64,000 nt of DNA from Mantamonas sphyraenae STR306. Lineage: Eukaryota; Protista; CRuMs. A model generated the notes under the pieces. It did not search any database, was not told where the DNA came from, and saw only the letters and a program-made list of their open reading frames with translations. Position numbers and translations under genes: made by a program. The stretch spans positions 310,001-374,000 of the forward strand of contig JAPMXV010000003.1 in assembly GCA_026936335.1 (NCBI GenBank), in the 5' to 3' direction. Positions within the stretch are counted from its first letter, which is position 1; every line of letters begins with the position of its first letter. This document shows, in pieces, positions 25,356 to 33,400 of this stretch.

Positions 25356-28300
25356 CTACAGCCGGCTCAGGTCGTCGTTGATACGTGCGACAACGGCAAG
25401 GACCTGGTCGCGCTTGGCTTCGAGAGGTCGCTTGAGCTTGTTGATCATCCCCTTCTGCTTGGACATCTGCGCCATCTGCTGGCCATAAGTGCTCTCCAGA
25501 GACTGTTTGTGAGTGTCGAGGCGGCCTCGGAAGACCTGTTTGGCCTCCTCGGCCTCCTTTTCCACATCCTGGGCCTCCTTGAGCAACATGGCACACCGTG
25601 TGTCCTTGGCGCCGCTCTTTCCGGCACACCGTGTGGCCGCCTGCTGCTTGCGCTGCACACTGATTTCAAACTTGAGACATTCGGCGTGGTACTGCAGCAT
25701 CAGCTGTTCGTAGGCACCGATCTGAGTCAACATGTCTGCAAACTGCGCCTGCAGCTTGCTGTCCAGTGTCTCCACTTGCTTCAACTTGCCCTCCACTGCC
25801 GTAAGGTTGCCCTTGGCTCCCACCAGCTGAGTTTGCAGTGTTTTCAGCGCAGACAGCGACGCGGCGTCCCGCTTGGGTTCACCCAGGGCAAACACCACAA
25901 AGTCGTTCTTGTCCGTGGGCAGCAGTTTGATCTCCAGTGTCTCCCGACGCCGTCGCTTCTGGCCCGGGCTCAGCTTGTACGCAGCCCTGCCGCTGAGCTC
26001 GCCCGTGGTCTTGGGCGGCGTCTTGGGCTTCTTGGGCTGCTTGGGCTTGGCTTTGGGTTTGGGTTGTGTGGCTTTGGCCTTGGCCTTGGCCTTGGCTTTG
26101 GGTTTGGCCTTGGGACGTGGCTTGGCACGCGGGTTGGCCTTGCGCTTGGGAGGCTCGACGACGGCGATGGTTGGGTCCACGGCGGTGCGTGGCACTGCAT
26201 GCGGTTGTCGCTTGCGGCCTCGTTTGGGCAGGGGTGGCTGTGTTTCGCGCTCGTCGGACATCAACGGCACCTCTTCGCTCTCGATGGCATCCATGCGGTT
26301 GGACTGTTCCGGGTCGGGTTCAATAAAGTCGTCTGCGTCGCTGACGTCGCTGACCACGTCGCGCAACGAACGGCCCACCCCTGCCCGTGTCTTTGCCTTT
26401 GCCTTTGCCTTTGCCATGGTGGCGTCGTGTGGCACGAGATCGTCGTCGTCGCTGACCACGTCTCGCAGGGACTTGCCACGTGGCGTACGTGGCACGAGTT
26501 TGTCGTGGACGTCGTCCTCCACGTCGCTCGGATCGTCGCTCACACGGCCCATCATCGGATCGTCGTCGACGTCGCTCACATCACTCACCACAATGTCGTC
26601 GTCCTTCCGCCGCCGCTGCTGCTGCTGCTGCTTCTGCTTCTGCTGCGCAAGCTTCTGCTTCGTGTTGCGCCCTCGGTCACTCATTGGGTCATCCACAATG
26701 ACCACGTCGTCGCCGCTGACATCGCTGACATCGAGCAATGGATCGGCAGTCATCTTCCGCTCCTTGCTCATCACATCGACGTCGCCATCGTCTTCGTCGC
26801 TGACCACATCGTCGTCTTCGATGCGGTCGTCCTCGTCGCTGACTCCTGCATCCGGATCCTCCTCCATTTCTTCCATCTGTTTCCTGCTGCGGCTGCGTGT
26901 CTCGCGCAGCGTGTCCATGCGACTGCGATGGGGCGGCGGTGCGTCGCCGTCGTCGTCCGACAGCGCCAAATCGCTGATTCCACCATCATTGCGAGTGGAC
27001 CCCTGCGTGGCCTTGGCGGGTCTCTTGTTCTTCTTCTTGTTGCTGTTGTTGTTGTTGGTGGTGGTGGTGACCGAGGGCCCACGCAGCGATTCGTCAGAGG
27101 AGATTTCGTCGTCGCTGACTCCTTCCACATCCGATTTGCTCAGCCGCATGCCGTTGCCTGCGTTCAACTTGCCCATCACAGGCTGCTTGAACATGGCGTC
27201 GTCCTCCACGTCACTCACCCCTCCTCCTCCTCCCCTGGCCCCCTGTTTGGCCTTTGCCGGTCGTACCTCACGCAACAGTTCCTTCAGGGACATCGGTTCG
27301 TCGTCGTCGTCGTCCAGCGATGAAACGCCGTCGTTGCTTTGTGCGCGTGCGCGTGCGCGTCGGCCCTTGGCACCCACCCCCAGGGACACCTTGGGTGCCA
27401 CAGGTGGGTGTCGTCCTTGTTTGATGTTGTTGAATCCACTCCCTTCGTCGCTTTGCATCCCATCGTCTTCGTCCTCTTCGTCGTCCATCATGTCGTTGCG
27501 CATCTCCATGCGTCCACGTGTCGGTGTGCGTTGCTGACGTCGGTTGCCGCTGCCGCCGCTTGCCTCGTCCGAACTCAACCCTTCCAGGGTGTCGCCACCG
27601 GACAGCTGTGCCTCGTCATCCTTCAGATCCAACGGCACACGCTCCGCCTGTCGTTGGAAACGAGAGCGCAGTTCGCGTGAGTCGCCGCCGCCGCCGCCGC
27701 GTCCGCCTGCCCTTTGGCCGACTTCCATGGGTTCCGGGTCGTCCTCCATGTCCTCGTCTCCATACATGTCGTCCCGTTGCATCACTCTGGCCCTTTGTCC
27801 ACCCATGCGTCCTCCTCGTCCGCCCATGTCTGCCTCGCGCACATACACAACACGTGTGGGCTGGTCCCGGTGGTCCATGCGTCTGCCAGCCGGCGCCTCG
27901 TCCCGCACATACCGCATGTTGCGTTCCTCCTCCATGCGACCCCTCCCTCCGCCGCCGCGTGTCTCCATACGATCCTCCACCACGTCGCCATAGCCTCGTC
28001 CACGGCGTGGCTCGTCCCGTGCGTACCCGCGTCCCCAGCCGTCGCCTGCCGCGTCATCATCATCGTTCCCACCTCGCACGTCAAAGCCGTTTCCTCGCCC
28101 GTACCGTACCTGCTCCCCACGCGGCGCCTGTCTACGCTCCGTCTCGGGCGCCTGTTGCCAATAGTCGCGGCCTCCCACGTCGTTGCGTGCATAGCCACCG
28201 TTGCCGTAGCGCTGTTGGTGGTGGCCATTCCATTGCTGCTCACGTCGGCCGCCGCCCCACCTGTCGTCGTCCTGCACCCGCTTCATGGGCGGTCCCCGGT

Positions 28301-28523
28301 CGTCGCGACCGCCCCAACGTGCCTGCTCCGGGTGGGCCTGGCCATAGCCATGGCCGTTGTTGTTGGGTGGGCCTCGGTCATACCGGGGCTGGCCCCACTC
28401 CTGCTGGCGCATCTGCTCGGGCGCCCGTTGATCGTACATGGGCGCGCCACGGCCTCCGCCTCCGCCGTAATACTGCGCATGCGCAAGCAGTACCAATGCT
28501 GCAAGGACAATCAGTCGCAACAT
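25356..28523 (-). CDS. Secreted low-complexity protein: G/R/D-rich region, (V)SD repeats, PKAK tract, C-terminal coiled coil
   Basis: Signal peptide MLRLIVLAALVLLAHA at ATG 28523; about 1055 aa, intronless. Confidence 0.75.
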   Translation of the reverse strand: MLRLIVLAALVLLAHAQYYGGGGGRGAPMYDQRAPEQMRQQEWGQPRYDRGPPNNNGHGYGQAHPEQARWGGRDDRGPPMKRVQDDDRWGGGRREQQWNGHHQQRYGNGGYARNDVGGRDYWQQAPETERRQAPRGEQVRYGRGNGFDVRGGNDDDDAAGDGWGRGYARDEPRRGRGYGDVVEDRMETRGGGGRGRMEEERNMRYVRDEAPAGRRMDHRDQPTRVVYVREADMGGRGGRMGGQRARVMQRDDMYGDEDMEDDPEPMEVGQRAGGRGGGGGDSRELRSRFQRQAERVPLDLKDDEAQLSGGDTLEGLSSDEASGGSGNRRQQRTPTRGRMEMRNDMMDDEEDEDDGMQSDEGSGFNNIKQGRHPPVAPKVSLGVGAKGRRARARAQSNDGVSSLDDDDDEPMSLKELLREVRPAKAKQGARGGGGGVSDVEDDAMFKQPVMGKLNAGNGMRLSKSDVEGVSDDEISSDESLRGPSVTTTTNNNNSNKKKNKRPAKATQGSTRNDGGISDLALSDDDGDAPPPHRSRMDTLRETRSRSRKQMEEMEEDPDAGVSDEDDRIEDDDVVSDEDDGDVDVMSKERKMTADPLLDVSDVSGDDVVIVDDPMSDRGRNTKQKLAQQKQKQQQQQRRRKDDDIVVSDVSDVDDDPMMGRVSDDPSDVEDDVHDKLVPRTPRGKSLRDVVSDDDDLVPHDATMAKAKAKAKTRAGVGRSLRDVVSDVSDADDFIEPDPEQSNRMDAIESEEVPLMSDERETQPPLPKRGRKRQPHAVPRTAVDPTIAVVEPPKRKANPRAKPRPKAKPKAKAKAKAKATQPKPKAKPKQPKKPKTPPKTTGELSGRAAYKLSPGQKRRRRETLEIKLLPTDKNDFVVFALGEPKRDAASLSALKTLQTQLVGAKGNLTAVEGKLKQVETLDSKLQAQFADMLTQIGAYEQLMLQYHAECLKFEISVQRKQQAATRCAGKSGAKDTRCAMLLKEAQDVEKEAEEAKQVFRGRLDTHKQSLESTYGQQMAQMSKQKGMINKLKRPLEAKRDQVLAVVARINDDLSRL

Positions 28524-28571
28524 GTGGCCTTTTTCGATGGCTGCGCGCGTGTGGGTGCAGCGCAAAGTACG

Positions 28572-30422
28572 ATGTCGCAAAAGGATAACAACGAGCATGG
28601 GCCGGTGGGTGAGGAGGCTGAAGCAAAGACGGCAAAGAAACCAGTGCGAAAGGGAGGGAAAATCAAATTGAAGCGAAAGGGAGGCGGACGGAAAAAGGGC
28701 ACGGGTGGTGGGGAAAAGGCGTCTGCGTTGCAGCTGCAATTGCCGGAGGAGGAGGTGCATGTGGTGGTGGTGGGCGCAGGGTACGCAGGGGTGACGGCTG
28801 CGCAACAGTTGCATGCGTACGGTGGGGACAAGTGTCGCGTGACGCTGGTGAGCAACCAGTCCGCAGAACGGTTCTGCTCGCGTCCGAATGTGTTTTTCCG
28901 GCTCAAGCTGGACACAATGGACGGCGACAAGGTGCCGTATGGATACATTGACGAGGACGAGTGGGCAACCAAACACAACGTCAGTCTGCTCGACGCACAG
29001 GTGCTGCGTGTGGATCGGGAGGCACGCACCATCACGTACAGCAGCAACAAGGGACCGTCAGAGGCACAGGAAGCAGACACGCTGGCGTACGACAGACTCG
29101 TGCTGGCGTTGGGAGGGCGGCCACGCGTGTTGGAATGGCAGGTGTGCAGCGAGGCCGAGGTGGACGGCGGCTGGGTGGCCGCGGAGGACGACGCCAACAG
29201 TCGCAACGCAGAGGCACAGCAGACGGTGATTGCAGAGGGCGGTGGCATCGAAGCGTGTGTGAGTGGGTTTGTGGCGTCGATGCTGCCACACGCACCGCTG
29301 CCTGTGTTTCCGGTGCGGAATCCGCAGGAGAGTGTGCTGCTGCACGCGCTGCTGGCCGCTGGGGCACATGTGGTGGTGGTGGGCGGCGGCGCGTTGGCGT
29401 TGGATCTGATCAGTTCGGTGGTGGACGGCGGGTTGCTGGAAGGCGAGGGCCGCGGGACGTTGACGGTGGTGGTGCGGCGTGGAAAGCTGGGATGGCCGCT
29501 GATGCCGCCGGCACTGGCAGAGATGGTGAGTGCACTGCTGGAGGCAAAGCAAGGGCTGCGTGTGTGCTGCGGGGCTGCGGTGGCGTCGTTGGTGACAGAG
29601 GCAGAGGACAGCTCACGGCTGGTCGGGGTGGTGCTGGAGGACGGGACGCAGATTGCCTGCGCGGCTGTGGTGCAGGCAGTGGGGGTCATGTCGAATCATG
29701 AGGCGTTGGTTGTGGAACCGCCGTTGGATGCGAGCGGTGGGTTTATGGTGACGCCGCGCATGCAGAGCATCACGGATGAGGCAGTGTTTGCGGCCGGGGA
29801 CTGCGCGGTGTTTCCGGACGCGTGGAGGGTGTGGAAGGACAGCAGGGGCCACAGGGAGATTGTAGAGGCGATGGAAGCGGATGCGTTGGGGTTGGATAGC
29901 GTGTGGTGGAGCCAGCCAGACGCGACGACAGTGAGGAGGAATTGGTTTTGGGCAAACGAGAGCGGGCGGATGGCGGCAGCAAATGCGTTGGATGGGCGGT
30001 GCAAGGGGGAGGAGGTGGCAGGGACGCCGTTCTTTCAGTCGTTTTTGTTGGCCGGGTTCAATTATACAGAGGTGGGGTTTGGGAAGCCGGAGCTGGGAGG
30101 GGTGTTGTTGGAGGAGAGGGAGCGGTGTGAGGTGGGTGGGGAGGAGTTTGTGGTGTGGGGTGGGGGAGAGGGAGGAGGAGAGGGAGGAGGAGGGGAGGTG
30201 GTGGTGTTGGAGAGGAGTGTGGGGTTGGGGGAGGACGGGGGGCCGACGTACACGAGGTATGTGTTGAGGAGGGTCGGGGGTGGGGAGGAGGGTGGAGGGG
30301 AGGAGTGGGAGTTGGTGGGGGCGGTGGTGTTTAATCGGCACAAGGTGGGGCTGGCGGTGAGGAAGAGGTTGTTGAGGGGGGAGGGGAGGGGAGGGTCGTG
30401 GGCGGAGGCGGTGGGGGTGTGA
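28572..30422 (+). CDS. FAD-dependent pyridine nucleotide-disulphide oxidoreductase (Pyr_redox_2; PYROXD1- or rubredoxin-reductase-like)
   Basis: VVVVGAGYAG, YDRLVLALGGRP, VVVVGGGALAL, VFAAGDCA; Lys-rich N-terminus. Confidence 0.85.
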   Translation: MSQKDNNEHGPVGEEAEAKTAKKPVRKGGKIKLKRKGGGRKKGTGGGEKASALQLQLPEEEVHVVVVGAGYAGVTAAQQLHAYGGDKCRVTLVSNQSAERFCSRPNVFFRLKLDTMDGDKVPYGYIDEDEWATKHNVSLLDAQVLRVDREARTITYSSNKGPSEAQEADTLAYDRLVLALGGRPRVLEWQVCSEAEVDGGWVAAEDDANSRNAEAQQTVIAEGGGIEACVSGFVASMLPHAPLPVFPVRNPQESVLLHALLAAGAHVVVVGGGALALDLISSVVDGGLLEGEGRGTLTVVVRRGKLGWPLMPPALAEMVSALLEAKQGLRVCCGAAVASLVTEAEDSSRLVGVVLEDGTQIACAAVVQAVGVMSNHEALVVEPPLDASGGFMVTPRMQSITDEAVFAAGDCAVFPDAWRVWKDSRGHREIVEAMEADALGLDSVWWSQPDATTVRRNWFWANESGRMAAANALDGRCKGEEVAGTPFFQSFLLAGFNYTEVGFGKPELGGVLLEERERCEVGGEEFVVWGGGEGGGEGGGGEVVVLERSVGLGEDGGPTYTRYVLRRVGGGEEGGGEEWELVGAVVFNRHKVGLAVRKRLLRGEGRGGSWAEAVGV

Positions 30423-30450
30423 GGGGGAGGCGGTGGCGGTGGAGGTGTGT

Positions 30451-33400
30451 TCATTGGGTCTTAAAGGTCTCTACGCTGTCAAAGTGAGAGCGGATGCGTC
30501 GGACGTCTTGCGGGTCGACCACACAGATGGATTGTTGGGTCCAGTCGTCTCGGTCCACCTGTAGGTTTGGAAGCGAGAGGGTTTGTGCGTCTTGTCGGAT
30601 GTACAGCACCGCTGTGGGGCATTCGTACGCCGCATCGAGAAAGGCGGTTTGGAGCGGCGTGGGTTGTGCGCCAAACAGGCGCTGGTGCAGGCTTGTGGCA
30701 AATTCAGCTGCGTTTGCGTCGTCTGCTGCCTCGATGTGTCCAATCGCAGCGATGGCAATGTTGCTCTCGACCATAGACTTGGCCATGCGGGAGCTGTTGC
30801 ATCCATTGAGGACAATCAGCTTGCGCGGGTTGGAGAGATCCAACATGAGCTGGAGCCACTCGCCTTTGAGGTGTCCATCATCGATGTAGACACCTTGCAC
30901 GCCCATGTGTGTGCAAAGGTGGACAACGTGGTGCACGGATGTGCGCAGTCGTTGCTTGATCACGTCGATGGGTGCTTGGGCGACTGCGTTTGCGGTGTCC
31001 ACGGTGGAAGGGAGGCTGGTCATCAGGCTGTTCGTTTCGTGGAGGACAGCATGGAGGTCCGCTTTGTCCCCGGTGTACACACAGCCGAGGATGAGCAGCT
31101 TGTCTTCTTGGGGAGGGTGCGATTCGTCAAGTCGCGCCTGGAGTTCTTGCAGCGCGTTGCGAAGGTTGTTCAGCTCATCGGAGTTGCTTGAGGAGGAGGC
31201 CCTGTTGTCCAGTTCGGCGTTTGTTTCGTCCAGGTGAATGCGGAGCGTTGCGGCCTCGGCGAGGGATAAGCTGGAGGCGACTGAGAGCTCGTTGACCCAG
31301 CCGAGGATATCCTTGTACTTTCGACCAAGGAGCTTGATGTTGCAAACGGAGGCGTCCAGTCCCTGTTCCAATGTGTCGACGCGGCTGTTCACACTCGCAA
31401 TGGAGCTTTCGTGCGTGTTCAGGCGATTCTTGAGCTTCCATAGCTCCTCCTCGTCCTTCATCACGCGTCCATACAGCAGGGCCTGTGTCTTCAGGTGGAC
31501 CATGTGCACGTGGCAGGACCCACACTTCTCCTTGTCCACCTCCGCCAACTCCTGCACATCCACACGCAGCTCATGCTGTGCCCAGTCCATCCGCAGCACC
31601 TCCTCCACCTCTCCACTCGCCAAGCACCGGTGACACAGCGGATAGCACCTCAGTCCACTGCCCAGCCCATCACACAGCCCACTCTCCTCTGCCACACTCC
31701 GCACAAGTGCCTCCACTTTGCCCATCGTCTCCACCACATCAAACCAGTCGTCGTCGTCGCTGGCTACCACCACGTCTACATACCGCGTGTGTGGCTCATG
31801 CACAAGAACAATGTGCGGTGCATCCCGGGGCCACACATGCATCCAGTTCAAGCGCACTTGCTCTGGCACCCTCTCCTTTCCCACACCGTCTGGGAACGCC
31901 TCAATCAGCCGCACCTGCACCAGATTGAACAGCGCAGGTGGCAGCATGTGCCACTTCTCTGACTGCCATGCCTCGTCCTGCTGCACCTGCTCCTCATCAT
32001 CTCCTTCACCTTCCTGACCAGTCACCACCCACACAAACCGCCGTCCAATCCGACATGTGTTCTCCGCCATCCACTTCCGAGGCAGCTCCATCTCCATCGT
32101 CCGCAGAAACGGAAACACAAGCGTGTCTTCTCCCACACGTGCACACATCTCCACCTCACACAGCAGCTCCAGCAGCACATCCGCAGCCTCGAGGCTTACG
32201 GAGGTGGAGTATCCCATCAGGCTTGCGTGGATCCTGCCTACTTGCACTCTCAATGCGTCATCCCATTGCACCAGCCCGTGGTGCTTCCCTTCCCCGATCT
32301 GCTTCCCTTTGTCCAGCCCTTGCACCTCTGCACCACTCACAAAACCTCCCATCAGCTTCGCCAGCCACACAGGGTCCAGCACAACCACACCTGACCCTCT
32401 GTGCCACACCACTTCCTGCATGTGGTGCAGTTCCTCCAGCGATAAATGAAAGATCCGCCCACTCATGCTCGGAAAATGCTCCGCCATCTCCTCATTCCCC
32501 TTCACCATCGCCTCCAGCTCCTCCACACGCATCCACGGCTGTTCCATCTCACCACTCTCCCTCAGTCCCTGCACATACTTCTGCAGCTCCACCGTCCCGC
32601 GTGGCACCATCCTCTCCTCTGCCAGTGCCACACTCGCTTCCTCCAGACTGCCCAGCAGCCCATCCACGTTGCCCTTCCACACATCTCCATCCACCACAAA
32701 CACTCCCTTCTCTGCATCCATACGCAGCTGCTCGTACCTCTTGCTCTCCTTCCACCCTTGCACCCACCCTTGCACCATCCCACGTGCCTCTTCCCGATCC
32801 ATCCTCTCCCCCACCTTCACCGTCTCTCCCAGATCTGCATGTGTCACCACAAACCACATCTGCGGCTTCTTCTTCCCTGCCACCTTGCTCGCCACCTTGC
32901 TCGCCACCATGTCCAGCCACACCTCCAGCTCCGCACGTGCTGCCTCCATGTCCACCCTGTGCCCACCTGCCACCGCATCCCACACCACCATCGATGCCAC
33001 AAGCACAAACACCCCGCCCTGGCCCATCAACAGGTACTGGTGGCCCACCCAGTACTCTGCCTGGCCGCCATAGTCACTGATACGCACACGCACATCCCCA
33101 CCCTTCAGATCAAACTCATACACATCCATGCTGTGTGTCGCATCCGTCGTCCTCTCTTTGCAATCCAGCCCCCGCTTCAGCACCTTTTCGAAGATACCCC
33201 AAGTCCACTCTCCCCACGAGGTGCTCCTCTTCATCGTGTCAATCAATGTTGTCTTGCCCTGTCCTCCATGTCCCAACACCTTCCAATTGACCCATTCCCA
33301 CGCAGTGTCCATCCTTCCCAGATACTCCACCACCGCCTGCGCCCCCTTCTTCACCACGAACCCTGGCACATCGTCCAGCGCCTCATCATGCTCCAGCAGC

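Noticed and set aside
3570-27323. Long antisense ORFs such as 3570-6269, 12154-13656 and 25302-27323 (also 46151-48745)
   Set aside because: These are antisense shadows expected in high-GC coding DNA and carry no recognisable motifs.
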